From positions 27,528,001 to 27,592,000 of the forward strand of contig OZ365113.1 in the NCBI GenBank assembly GCA_977030845.1: 64,000 nt of DNA, given 5' to 3'. Each line of letters opens with the position of its first letter. Position 1 is the stretch's first letter. Positions 39,181 to 52,625 of the stretch are shown in pieces. The position numbers were made by a program, and so were the translations under genes. Source of the DNA: Fimbriosthenelais zetlandica. Its lineage: Eukaryota. The notes beneath the pieces are model-generated. The model worked only from the letters and a program-made list of their open reading frames with translations. It did not search any database and was not told the origin of the DNA.

Positions 39181-40011
39181 ACGATTAATATCGTTGAAGT
39201 ATAGGGTTTAAACATACATCTGGCCTGTTTTCAAGGAGACATGAACTACAGCTAGTAACCCAGTTAGACATTGCAATTGCATATTCGTTGTTATGAAACA
39301 GGTCCATGAATGATGTCCCTCGGAGGACATTTCTTCCTATGGGTCCTTCCATAAGTCATTTATGGTCAGTCGTGACTCAGTGGTCAATGGCCGGTATTTC
39401 ACCAGATGACCCTGTGACCCATGTCAGGACATGTGAGTGACCAGCTTCTATGAGATTACGGGTCAGCGATGTCCAATTGACAAGTCACGTCCTGTATTAA
39501 ACCGGACTGTTCATCCTGCTCAAGTGACTGATACTATAGAATCACATACATTGTATTTATAAATGAAGATAAGCCGGAGTTTCCATTATCGTATGTAAGT
39601 GGCAGTCATACATGTGTAGGCCTACATGCATATGCACAGGCATTATAAATAGATTTAACATTAATTGCCTTGCATGCTAAAACCCTTCCTCGTGCCAGTC
39701 TGATTACATGCACTACTTTAGTAATGCAAATAATTGAATCAGTCAAATAACTCCGGGCCATGTACTTTCAAGATAAGCAGATCATGATTGGTGATCGATT
39801 CTGACCGAATACCCTAATCATAACCTCAAATGTAATAAGGTAGTCATAATCTAATCCATAATTAATCCCTTGCTACACATCTTACCTATATGTATACATA
39901 TACAACTCCATGCAGATATAGGATATTCCCTCATTCATCACCAGAGTGTTAGAAACTTAAGAGAGTTGGACAGCACTGGGCTTTTTGCATGCAGGGCTAC
40001 AACTAGGATGC

Positions 40012-40244
40012 ACCAGGGCTGAACCAGGGCTGAACCAGGGCTGATCATGGACTGACTGGATTTTTCTGGGCTACAATTTTGATCCAACAGGGCACATAGC
40101 CCAGTATAAGTGATAATGGGTCGAGACTGGGCTTAGCCCAGATCGTGATCATGGACCGAGACTGGGATTTTATCTGGGCTACAACAGCATCCAACAGGGC
40201 ATAGCCCAGTAAGTAATTATGGGCCGAGACTGGGCTGAGCCCAG
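40012..40244. repeat. 3 x 11-bp repeat followed by 2 x ~104-bp dyad-rich repeat
   Basis: accagggctga x3 at 40012-40044. Longer units start at 40043 and 40147, each containing ctgggcta...tagcccag and ctgggct-N-agcccag inverted repeats. Confidence 0.88.
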
Positions 40245-41606
40245 TAAATGAACCTTGGATCCAAAAGCCCTCCCTTGCCTCCCTCCCCCGCCTCACTCCC
40301 TCCCCACCAACCAAATTGCTTCAGTCAAAGTTCACTTTTACAAATAAAAGAGTTATATATATATAGACAGTCACTCCCACCCCGCACACACACCCCTTCC
40401 AATAAAGATACTTAAGATATAAAAACTTTCGTTACATCCCCATACGTTAAGTCTGGTCAGTTTTGGAGCGAATACCTCTGTCTACCCATTACTCAGAAGA
40501 AGCCGGGATTGAAGATATGGCTTTTAGCAGCACATGGTGTAATCCAAGCTGGCAGTTTTTGGTAGATGGACAAGACAAGTACATGACTCCCATCTTAAAG
40601 CCTGTGTCTCACGGTCTTGTTCTCCTTAGAGTGGGGACTACCTTAGCCTGTCATTCTATCTGTGAACCACTCTCACTCTGGCTTCTTGAGTCTCAGAGAC
40701 ACAATAAAGTCAATAAGCTAATGGTGAGTGATTGAACCATACAGTCAACACCGAGGTTCACCCCTCTATCTGCTTAGCCCATTTATAGATGACATGCATG
40801 CTTGGCTATAGAGCATTTCGGGTAATTTCTGCATGACCTTTTGGCTCAGAGAACTGCAGGAAAGCTTGTCATTCACTCCGAAATACATTCATTTTCAAGG
40901 CTCAAAGTGAGAGAACACTTGTTATTATAAAGAATGGCATATCGTCAAATTGAAAAATTAAAATATCCATGCCCAGTTCCTTGCTTCAGAAATTGTTTAG
41001 TAGCAGGCTTTTTCAGTGTTTAAACCACATGCGAACCCCTCCGACAATAACAGCTTGGTCATAATTATTTAATGCCTCATTTTTTTTCTAGGAAAGATCC
41101 CTCACCTTAATTGTCACATCAATTAATGCATCACCTATTGCTAACGGTAATAAACCATCTCTCATTTATTCTGCAACAACTCCACACCTTCCTAATGGAT
41201 CCCTTTACTTTATGGGAATAAATTTGAGATGAAATGACTCAGAATTGCTTGTTTTGATTTAAACATGCTAGATTCTGTGAATTATTGAAGGGCGTTCGAA
41301 ATATAATGAGACCATGTAACGCCTGAACCAGCAGACACAATATATAGAAACCAGAGCAATCATTCCTAATGTAAACCTTGTATCTATAAACAGATATATC
41401 ATGTAGGTAATTATCCATTAGCCTCACATCCAGCTGTTATTTATTAATTGCTCGCCATATGCTCAGAGAGGCACTCAACGTGTGTACTGCAATGACACAC
41501 GTTTTATACCCAGACACGTGCAACGAGTTCTTAGCCATTTCATATTTCAAATTATTTACACATTTACTATACAATTTATATAGTAATAATGATTTTCATA
41601 CATTAC

Positions 41607-41731
41607 CTGCATATTTGCTTTAACGTGGGTGTTTGGTAGGCAAAATCGGCGAAGAGTTTACAGCATTTGACCGCTTCATATACAAACTTTTCTTCCCTCG
41701 GGCATGTCTTATCTGTTGGTCTTGCAGAGAT
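41607..41731 (-). CDS. Small secreted cysteine-rich protein, middle coding exon
   Basis: Strong acceptor gttctgtttttcttttcAG| and donor TGCAG|gtaatg. The exon is 125 nt, phase 0 to phase 2, and open as ISARPTDKTCPREEKFVYEAVKCCKLFADFAYQTPTLKQIC. Confidence 0.88.
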
Positions 41732-44700
41732 CTGAAAAGAAAAACAGAACTGTCAGTGAATATTCCTGTCTACCCAGAGACATTGAAGGCCAATCAACCC
41801 TGATTACACTGTCTACAAGCCATAATCATGAGGTAAATTGCCCAGAGTAATGCTATATGAAATGGAAATTGACATCGCCCTAATGATATTTAAAATAATT
41901 ATAGGGATGTCATAGGAGAAATGCATTTGCTGTTTTTCATGCTGATGGTGAGGTACTTTAAAAAAATGAAATATGAGAAGGGAACAAGATTTGTGTGAAC
42001 TGGATACTCGAGCATATACCACATAATATTATATAGGCCCTATATGTACAGTATAATATAAAAAGATAATTAAAAATGACTGGAAAGCCCATACAGTAGC
42101 CCATACATTTATGACTTTTGAAAGCACTTCCTCATGGTCATTCAAACCTGAGATAATTGCGCTTTCTTAACGTGCTTTCTAAACTCCCTACATAGAACAC
42201 TTTACAAGTCGAATGTTTATAAGTGGAAAGTTTACAATTCTACCAATATATAAAAATGAAATATGGGCCTGGCAGAGTTGTGAAGATGAATGTCTCGAAT
42301 TCATAACAAAATAATGAGGGGTGAATGTCCACATTCACTCAGCCATGTGATCGCTTGGCTGGTGCTCCCAGCCTCCACCACCCCCACACTGCTGCTCCCA
42401 TAAAATTAATATTTACACTCTATTATCTTCTATTTATGTCTTGCCATGGACATAAAGTGCAGCGAGGTGGAACAGAGCTAAATGAAATGGGAGACTTACA
42501 ATGAAAATGGTAATTCATTTCCCTGCGATTCTAAAAGCAATGTTATTGATTGTACGTGAAACAGTGTGTGTTGAAGAGTCTGGACTGTGTAGTTTAACAA
42601 TGAATCATGATGGATAATTAATAACGCTTTCAAAGTGAGAGCACTTTTATGTATACCGAATAATGATGTAAATATTGGCATTTGCAGGCCTCTATAGTTA
42701 TTGGCATTATTAGACTAATTTCTAGAGGACTGGTAATATCCACTGGGATTATATAATACAGACTCAATTGACTCTGTCTACATTGTTCATCCGATGGTCA
42801 GTGTATATGAAAATTATGACTTCATATAACATTTCAAAATTTATATCCAAAGTAAACATTATCTTTTGACTTCGTTGCAGGGTAAAAAGTCCTGAATTTT
42901 AGTGCTTTGTTTTTTGGAGTCAATGATATCAATTTCAATGAGACAGAGGCAAACAGACGTCCATAGCTTGGATGATTTTTTCTGGGATAAAAAGAATCTG
43001 CATGATCATTAAGAGACAGTCTGGCAATCATGACAATTCGTGGCTGGCTGAAATCAAGCACGGCACGTTTCCTCTCACAAAATGTTTGTCATCCACTCAT
43101 TGTGATCCGATCTGCCATGTGAAGCTTGTTACATGGTCAAGAATAGCCCATCTACAATAATCTATCGGTTCTTGACATCTGTTCACCAAATCCGTGAGCT
43201 GACCAAAAAGTGATCACCTGCTGAACCGGTGTTTGCAATTTGTACTTACCTACGTTATTGTGTATCGAAAGGTAAACATGACATTTTCAATGAATTATTT
43301 AAGCAGGTCGCTACAATGATGCATGTATCGGATGTAGCTAGTATTCTAGTCCAGATATAGACAAGGGGATTATGTTAGATTCTGAATCACTCTAACTTAA
43401 ACTCTACCAACACCTTATAGACGTCTCCTTGGAGATAAACCAGTGGTCTGGCCCTTCTTCCCATAAAACAAATCCTTACAGTTGCCTTAACTAATCCTAT
43501 AGATAATTAGTTTGCCTAAAGGGGTAAGAACAAATAGAGAAACTGCCATTTATCCGCCTTCCAAAAGCTGTCTTATGGGATTCTTTCTCACGAAGCGAGT
43601 GAATCTCATATAGATAGGTGTGTACACACCATTACAAGCTGGGAGCTACTCCTTTCCCCGAAGGCATTGCTTAAGATAACAATAAAAACCGCAGTTGTAG
43701 ACACATTTCTGAAAGGCATTGTCTTTGTAGGTCAGCACTGCATACAGGGTTCTTTCTCAATCATAATCAAAGCTTTGGGCTTATTTGCTAGGATTACATC
43801 AAAAGGATAACGACGATAAGAAGGCTTGTACTGGCTACATCAGCAGTGTTCTATCAATGGGTTTGTTGAAAGACCACAATGATATAGAATCATCGACTTG
43901 GACAGTGATGGAAATTAATGTGATTTTTTCCTCCCTCCCCAATCTCAGGGGTGAGATTCATCACTAAACAGTTCAATTTTAAAGCTGAAGTAAAGGAATC
44001 GTATACGGAGTCCAATTTTGGACCCTTATATATCTAGTTTACCGCTTCGATGTGGGTGCCTGTTGCATGATTGATCTAGAGGACTTTCCACATTTCTTTC
44101 CGGACATTACAAACTATAGCCCCAAAATCATTGACAGAAGGAATCAAGAGACAATAACGTGAACCAGCAAAAACTTCGTTTATTCAGCAATAACCATACA
44201 GCCATATAGTGCAACATGTGTTGGTGATGCCTGTAGAATTTCAAGATGTGTAGATGAGTAGCTCAATGCATGCCACCAATTTCTGCCAATTATTTTTTCC
44301 CTGATAGTCATGTCACCTCCAGAAGCTCCCTACGAAAGCATTATTAGTGGAGAATGTTAATATTATCTTGAAATCTGATCCCAAGTAATGGTATCTTTAT
44401 ATTTCATGTCGGAAAGGCAGTCTACATGCGTAGAACAAGTGACAAAGTCTATGTAAGTTGGGGAAGGGATCCCAAGGTGGGTCTACTTCCATATGGCATT
44501 TACAGCGGAATCTTGCACAGCCCCTTTAAGAGATTCTGGTTGGAATATAACTAGCTGCGTTCATTGTCCAATATCATTTGTTTGTCTGGAGCTTCAAGCA
44601 TCCAAGTCTTGGCAGGAAATTCAATTATGAAAAGGGACGCTGGTTGCGATTACAAGATGAAACAGCAGCAGCTAGATAATCAGGTTCATTGGAACAGAAC

Positions 44701-47700
44701 ATGGTCAAGCAAATTAATCGACAGTCTGCATTTATTATCATATCATTGCCTTAACGTTTTGCAAACTGCTTCCTAAATTAGTATAGAATGGGGAAGACGT
44801 GCAAGAGGAACAATATGAAGCCAATCCCCCCATTCGTTAATGCGTTATTGGATAAGAGGGAATCCAATCATCATGTTCCCATCAAAACTATTTCGAACAG
44901 TTATTCTAATAGAGGATTCCCATTAGTAGATTTTAAATGTGCTCCTTTAGAAACTGTTCCTCTGGGAACCAAGTGTGCTTTTACGTCGCTGGCCCAGGCT
45001 TTTTGCTCTTCATTGTCTTCTTATACTCTCGTGTGTCAACAATATCAAGGAGATCATGCATCGCACAAAATCACGAACGCTGCTCAAGTGCTTGTTGCAG
45101 TCTGCACGTGACCGGAAGTGTCACCTTTCAAGCTGGATTTTAGCCTCAAGGCTTCTCAAAAGCGCCTTTGCGAAACTGTTCACATTTGAAGCTTTTTGCT
45201 TTATTTAAGGCATACAAAACAAATGTTGCATAATTATTTATCTCCATCTTCAGTTCTTGTGCAGGGAGAGAGCCAGCTATAGGAGACCTGGACTCTATCT
45301 GGATGATGACCGTGACCTGTAAGCTGAACCTAGATTCATGCATCATCCTGGTTGTACAGAATCCATCCATAAACAACACTAGGACTAGAGGTCCCTCCAG
45401 CAGAACACTTAACCCGAGTAGTCCATCCCTGACTGCGTAACCTCTCCTGTCAACTCTAAGATACAGGAGACAATAATGTTCTTTGACATTGCCTCACTTT
45501 CCTTGGCTGTCATATTTTTAACACTCTACTCTGAGCTTTCCTTTTGGGGCTGGTCCACTCAAAAGTGAACAAATTCGTTCATAAGAAAAACGTTCATAAA
45601 TTATGCATTTAAGAAGAAACGACACAGAAATAGAGTAGAAAAATGTCTCAGTGTGCAAGCAAGAGAGCATCTATAGCTGCCATCTGCTTGAAATGAGCAC
45701 AAATGCAAAATATTCTCTTAATAAATCTGAAATGGCTCTTAATTCTCTGCATCATACGACGTACCAGGTCCATATCTAACCCCAAAGCGTTATCAGTCAC
45801 AAGCTCTGACAAGTCATGGCATCTCCCCCTGCTGGTTCCCAGACCACCAATCGCCTGCTGTCAACTAACTGAAATATGAGTTTACAATCCCATTTGGCCA
45901 AATCTTAATTACGAATCACGTCTGATCAATTAGTCGTGCTCGGAGATCACAAAAGCCTATAGATAACATTGGCAACCATCCACTTGGAAGCAACTGCTGT
46001 GTGGCTCATTGCAAATCCCAGTATTTCATTCCATTGCTGGCCACCTGAACCCTAAAAAAACCAGAAGAGTATGGTGATATAGTGATGTCCTTCTACCAGG
46101 GTAGAGGGCTGCTAAAAGAGGATAAACTTTAAACACTGGCTTTTCTTCTTCATGCTTCTGTTTCCCTGCACATTTGTGTAATGGGAACAGCTGCAGCACA
46201 CATAAGAAATCCTTGAGTGAGTGTGGAACAATATCAATAATCACAAGGGTTGGGTGAGGATCAATCGGTCAGAAGAGAACAGAATGAGCCGGGTGCCCGC
46301 ATGACCGCACTTGTGATTAATGACCTATTATTTGTAAATGACGAAACTGGAACGTGTAAAATTTGGTGCAGTTTAAAACTACATACAGACTTACAACTAA
46401 AACCCAGCACATATCCAGAATTTGGGACGGTGGGTGGGGGTGAGGTTGCATTTTCGGTGCTGAGGGCAATTGCTGGTATTCAGGCCTAAAGCGCGTTCTA
46501 CACTATACCGATTTATGATCTGATCAGATTAAAATCTGACATGCAAGATGTGTCCCCAAACCGCATCAGATCTGACATGCACAGATCTATGAGAGAAACA
46601 TCCCGATCATGATCTTATCTTCATACACATTATGCCTATTTTTAATCTTACTTCAATTTGATCTGATGAGACCGTTAACGGTAAAGATCATGAAATCGCA
46701 CCCCAGATTGTATAGAGCTATAATGTATATTCAATACATATTGAATGCAGCATTTGAAATTTCCGGAACTGAGCTTGGAAACTTGGGCTTTAGCTTGACA
46801 GTAGGGCTCAAGCTTTACGCTATTCAATGACATTGTAAGATCACATATATACTATAGGTTTATCCTCTTGGAGCCAATCACAAGCAGCAGTGAGTAAGCT
46901 CAAATGTCAGTGGGAAACAACAGGCTAGTGACACGGTCCGCTTGTAATTGAATCAAAAACCCATCAGTTGCCATTGAAGGATGGGAGCAATATAATAGAA
47001 CAAGCCTTGATCTACTGAGGCCAAGCAAGCAGACCAACCACACAGAAAACAGTAGAGAGCTGAACTAATGATGATTTGTGGACAATTGGATTAAAAGGAC
47101 CTCTGCTTTGGTACAAGTTTTATCTGTCACAATACGACCATGATCAAATCATGTTTGTATAAAGTACCAGTCACACCTTGCTGGACAAAAAAATACTTCA
47201 GCTACAGTGTCTATAGAACGGCTGTCTGGCGTATATTCAGCCAGTATAAAATAATGCTACAAATAAGTGTTAAAGACCATGGGTATCCATAATAGACAGA
47301 GGATGTCACTACTGTGTAGATTATCTTGCAATAAAAGCTGCGATCCAATCTGCAGAGCAATTATTTGAATGATTGCGGGATATTCTAGGCCATTTGTACG
47401 TGTTCATTATCCATTAACATTATATTATATTAAGCCTCTGTATCTTTGTGGTCATCATGCATAAAATACATATAAATCAGCTATAACCCTGTCATGCAAT
47501 CAATTTGGTGGTGAATAATGGCATTGTTTCCCACGCATACTCATCAAAATTAACTTGTGCATGCCAACAAACTCACACCACTGTACTGTAAAGAGCATGA
47601 CTATACTGTATACAAAAAGGCTTTGTGATTTTTAGTAGATCAGATGACATTTTATCTAAGGAGTCAAAGGACCGAAAAATCTATGATATTTTAGCTTTTC

Positions 47701-50700
47701 CTATAGCCTTCAGATAAGATCACGTTCAAATTTTACTAAGTTCTATAGAGCTTCTATAATATTATGTTGCTTTTCACCTTACACAAAAGGAAAAACTTTA
47801 GAAGGAGTAGGTTTTACCGAATACATGTCACTGATACCTCAGCTGGGACCCTGGACATCAAAGTTCTGCACTCATTGAATCCTTTCTCCAAATTAAAAAT
47901 TCATCTCATCCAAAGAGCAAAAAATCAAAATACACACCGGACAACCCAACTTCTGTTTGAGCTCCAATTTGCCTCTCCGATCGCCCACAGAGCAAACTCC
48001 GTTCGAAGCCATTTTGAATGCAATTGTCCAATAGCAGAAGTGATTATTTATTTGAGCTTTGGTGGAAAAACAACTCCAGTCAAGCTAATCCATCACTGCC
48101 ATAGGCCTTTCAAATAATCAAATGAGTCCTAAGTTGCACATTAACCGTTATGGTAATCCCTTAAAGTCAATTAACTGAATGATGGTTTCCCTTGAATATT
48201 TTAATTTGATTAGCTCAGTCCTTGGAACCCAAATAAGCATCTCGTCTGTTGGACCAAACAACTGTGATATTTCATGACCTTCAAGTTGTTTAATATGCTG
48301 AACTGAGTCATAGTGGGATGTAGCAAAACTGTCAACACGACAGCAGTGAACTTATAATTCACGAAGCTGGCAGTCTCTTAGGACTCATTGCTACAATACA
48401 TGTACATGTATATTTACCATTGGGACTGTAATAGAGAAGATATGGCTTCCTAGAGGCTATTGGAAAATGATTACAATTTACATTAAATTTTACAGTCTTC
48501 ATACAAATTTAAGTGCGGACCACCTGGGTTAATTACATGGCGTACCCTATACATTTAAAAAACATGAGCGAGCTCCGGAATCCTTATACATCTGGCTCTT
48601 CATCTGTCACCTGTCATGCCTGTTTGCTCCTGACTATGTCCATCTGTCAGTCACAGGTCTTGTTTTTCTGTGTTTGTTACAATTCGTTCTAATATTAGAG
48701 CTTCCCTCTGGTGAATCAAGGCTAATAAGAGATGTCAAGTTTCTTGCGTCTCCTCTGAGTCACATTTCTTGACCAGGTTCCTATCTCTGATCTCGGTATG
48801 TTCATAAATGGAAAGACAACAGGAACCTCAGCAGGAAGCTATCTCTATTAGCCTAATGACTGCTGCTTCCATCTCTAATTGCTTGAGGTATGAGATGACT
48901 AATTTTAAACCTGAAGAAATATAGAAGCAAACGCCTCTCCGCAGATAACATCCGAGGCGAATGGGCTTTTTCCTGGCTATAGTGCACTAACCAACCTTCA
49001 ACAACAATACTTGAAAAACTACATGGCTGCGGAAAAGAAAAGTTTTTGATGTGTATAGGCCCTATTATGAAGTTATTATGTGTTGAGGTTTTGCCCTAAA
49101 GACATTGGAGAACGTGACTTTAAATGACAAGTGGACCTATCCAAATATCCTGGAGTTTCCAAACGAATATTAGCCATAGACTTAGCATGCTCAATATATT
49201 CCTTTTGAAACAAGCCCCAGATCACTTACATTTATGCAAAAGGAAAAACATAACTAAAGTGAAGATGAAATAGAAGTTATCCTGAACATTGACGAATTCT
49301 GAACTGAATATGATATAGATACATGCTAGATCTATCTGCATGTCGAGGACCAAACGGAGCGAGCTGGCTTATGTGCTTTACGGTGGGGAACACGGACAAA
49401 ATTCCTACTCTGCACCTTATCTTAAACCCACAGGAATCATGAAAGATGGAATTATGGGAGGAATTCATATTGGATGGTTTAAATAATGGTTTAAATAATA
49501 CCAGATTGATATCCGAGAGTGCGTTCTTATCTGCCTGCGTGGAAATTTCCCAGTTGATCTAAATTAAATCCTAATCAGGTAAATTACCCCCATTGCCTCT
49601 CAACTACCTCTTACATGAGGCTGGAAAAAATAACGATACTTGAAATCCATACTGGAAAATCTCTCCCTGCGGGGGAAACTTCCAAATATAATTTCTCAAG
49701 GGAGAAAGAGTTGTCATGTTTCTAACTCTAAAAAAAATACTACATCAAATATAGACAGTTGCCGGACACTCTGTCTAAAAAGGGGATATGCTTAGGAAGC
49801 TGTAAATGAAAGTTGTCAAGCAGAGGAAGCTGCATGCAGCCGAAACTCATCACCTACTATATACTGTCACGTCTGACTAAATAAAAATGAAAAAGTGTGA
49901 AATCACGTATAATGACCTTTTATGCACTTGGCACCAATCACAGAATAGAGAACCCGTGTGACTTATATTAGAGAGATATACATGTATATGAGGGATTATC
50001 TCTCATGAGTTTTTCCCTGAGGTGCAACTTATGAATTCAACTGACCAGGCTTTATAAATATGTAATGTGTAGTACAGAAAATACATTGGTATATTGGCTT
50101 TTCTTCAGATTTTTTGCAATTAGTATATAGTGGAGGAACCTCAGTAGAATGTCCGCAGATAATGAATTAAATATAGGACCACCTGTTTCCCCGATACATT
50201 ATTGACCAGGGGATTTTCAGTGAATTATGCATAATTGGGTAACTATGACTCGCTTGATAGAATGACTCTCTCAACAATATTTTGAATAATTTAGATCAGA
50301 TTTCAGTCGATATTGTGTATATAACTAAACTTCAAACTGCATAGGATCAATTTCTGTTGACTCCTGTGGAAATAAGAATTGACGTCGATGCCCATAGCAT
50401 CTTCGATCCAGCATGAGCCTTGTGAGAGTTGCTTAGATGCAGAAATTGAGGCTCGGAATTTAAAGTTAATAAGTATTACCAATGCATCTACGATAGATTT
50501 GTCATCAGCATACCATTCATTAACCAATTTACAGATTTTAAAAGTTTACAGATTTAAAAGTTAAAAGTTTTTCTTGCATAATTTTAAGTAACTGTTAAAA
50601 TCTTGTTTTGGGTGAGAAACAAGGAAATGGGATTATTGAACAAATCTCTGCTCTCTGAGTGGAAAAGCTCATTAATTTTCCTTTAAAAATCCGGCCTCCA

Positions 50701-51908
50701 AATAAAATCTGCTTTCCTTCCGTCCGAAGGGACCATGAAATTACTAATCTATCAAATGGCTTGTAAAATTTAATTTGTCCAATTTAATCTGTAATTGTCA
50801 CAGAAAATGTCACGATTTGTCCAAAGTTCCATGCTGAATTATACAGGGATCATTTGTTGCTCTCCGGCTACTATGAACTGGAAATTGGTCAATTTGAGTA
50901 GAGTTTGTCCCGTTTAAATTGAAGAGGGTCTGAAACACTGTTTCGAATTAGAAATTAAATGATTTTCTTTTCGATGTATGGAAACAATTTTTTATCCTCA
51001 AGTATATCACTGAGATGATCTATTGTATATATAATCCACTTTTCAGGCAGGAAGATATAAAGCATATTAAGTATGCTCTTTCTATTAACGTTCTCTGTAT
51101 CATAATGATAGCCAGGGATACAAAGCCTTATGAAGCTCCTTGGTTCTTGTCAGAAGTCACTGTTCCTCTTTAAAAGACTTCCACTGATCTAGGGGCTGGG
51201 TATAGACTGGCATTAGATGATATTTGATGATCCAGCCTTAAAACTCTTATCTCTAATAGGATGAAAGAGCCTGGGGAAATAAGAAAGCTCACCAATCTCC
51301 ATCAATATAGTTATGTGGAATCTTCCCAGAGCCGAGTTAACCCAGGCTGGAGTGGCCCACTATTTAGTGGGGTCTGATCCCACATAGGCCAGACCTATTA
51401 GACTATACCATCACTCTATTGGCCTGCTTTCAGATATAATATACTCACCCTATCTTTTGTATGCAGAAGCAATACAGTGCTTAAAATTTTGTTATCTATC
51501 AGATTTGTGCATTTGTAAAGGGGAACAGTACGGACCCCATGGACATGGTGGTCTTCAGTGATGGGAATCCACACATGAAATGAACAGTGGATTCGCTGCA
51601 TGCAGGAGGGGGCTATGTCTTATCTCATGACTGGAACTGTTCATTCATTCTATCTGACTCTGAGCACTGGACCAGTCTGTTGTCTGACAACAGTAATCAC
51701 ACACATCTATCTAGCTAACTTACTATAGAATAACTTACTTTATACCCATCCCTTTCCTACCATAGGCCTATATCTATGAGTTTAACTCAATATATAAGGT
51801 TATAAAGTAAAAGAAAATGACCGTGTTAACGAATTCCATATAGGCCAGTGATCAGCATGAGCAATTTCTATGGGACTTTCAGGAAATATATATCATAGAT
51901 ATACTTAC

Positions 51909-51959
51909 ATGTACCACAGCTACTCCCAATAATAATAATATCCGTATTAATGATTCCAT
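51909..51959 (-). CDS. Small secreted cysteine-rich protein, signal-peptide exon
   Basis: Acceptor ttttttcttcttccAG|GCA ATG G (exon starts at 51962) and donor CAT|gtaagt, phase 0. Encodes MESLIRILLLLGVAVVH, which joined to ISA-RPT gives a classic n/h/c signal peptide. Confidence 0.85.
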
Positions 51960-52336
51960 TGCCTGGAAGAAGAAAAAATCATTATGATCAGAGTGCAATA
52001 AAAAGAAGTAATTATCGAAATAAAAGTATTCCCTGTGTTCCTAAATATGTTGGTTTTCTGTCAGAAAGTGTACAACATAACATTGGATAATTTGCCCCCT
52101 TTTCCCTCTGGTCAATTGAGCTGTTTCCATTAAGTACAATTGATGTATCTATTATCCTGTCTGCTATATGGCGGATAGGTACAAAGTTATTACCATGATG
52201 GAAAAGATAATTTCCATGAGTATTGCTCCATTATCGAGGTTTACAGTACTAAACCAAAAGTGTTACTATGTTTCCCCATACTTCTACTCACTCTTTGTAT
52301 TTAACTAAGTGTTTTCCCTCCTCAGTCCCTACTTAC

Positions 52337-52520
52337 CTCAGGGTCCTGGTATAAAATGGCTGGTCTCCTCGACTGTCCACATCCGCGCGCGTCCCTGCCA
52401 AGATATACACATGCAATTCCGTCCTCCTCCCCCTCATCCTACTCCTCTCCCCCCTCCTCCCCCTAACGGCGCACCGAGGAACTCTCCTCTCACCCACACA
52501 CGCCATGGCTGACTCACAAT
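52337..52520 (-). other. Probable first (5'UTR) exon of the small secreted protein gene; 5' end approximate
   Basis: Strong donor CTGAG|gtaagt (intron starts at 52336), 374 nt upstream of the signal-peptide exon acceptor. CpG/GC-rich and adjacent to a promoter-like motif cluster. Confidence 0.6.
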
Positions 52521-52625
52521 GCAACGCTCTTGCCGGCTGCGCATGCGCGCGCTCAGGATTGCGACATGGGGTTCGACGTCACAAAAGTGTGAAGAACGTC
52601 AGAAAGTGTGAAGAACGTCACACGC
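52500..52625 (-). promoter_or_regulatory. CpG-rich promoter-like region of the minus-strand gene
   Basis: TGACTCA (AP-1-type) at 52510-52516, TGCGCATGCGC (NRF1-type) at 52538-52548, and three ACGTCA half-CRE sites at 52576, 52596 and 52615, directly upstream of the first exon. Confidence 0.6.

Noticed and set aside
40012-40244. CRISPR-like repeat-spacer appearance
   Set aside because: Eukaryotic context, only two long units, homologous rather than unique spacers, and no cas genes.
46395-46451. Alternative phase-0 first exon (MQPHPHPPSQILDMCWVLV|gtaagt) for the secreted-protein gene
   Set aside because: No acceptor or promoter support and a poor signal peptide; the 51909-51962 exon is far better on all criteria.
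50303-50527. YADD reverse-transcriptase-like motif in a minus-strand ORF
   Set aside because: No other RT motifs in any neighbouring frame, and the flank is a degenerate AT-rich duplication; probably chance.
50379-50564. Two LRR-like units (NLKLISITN...TNLQILKV) on +
   Set aside because: Only two imperfect repeats, ending in a low-complexity duplication and a stop, with no splice support.
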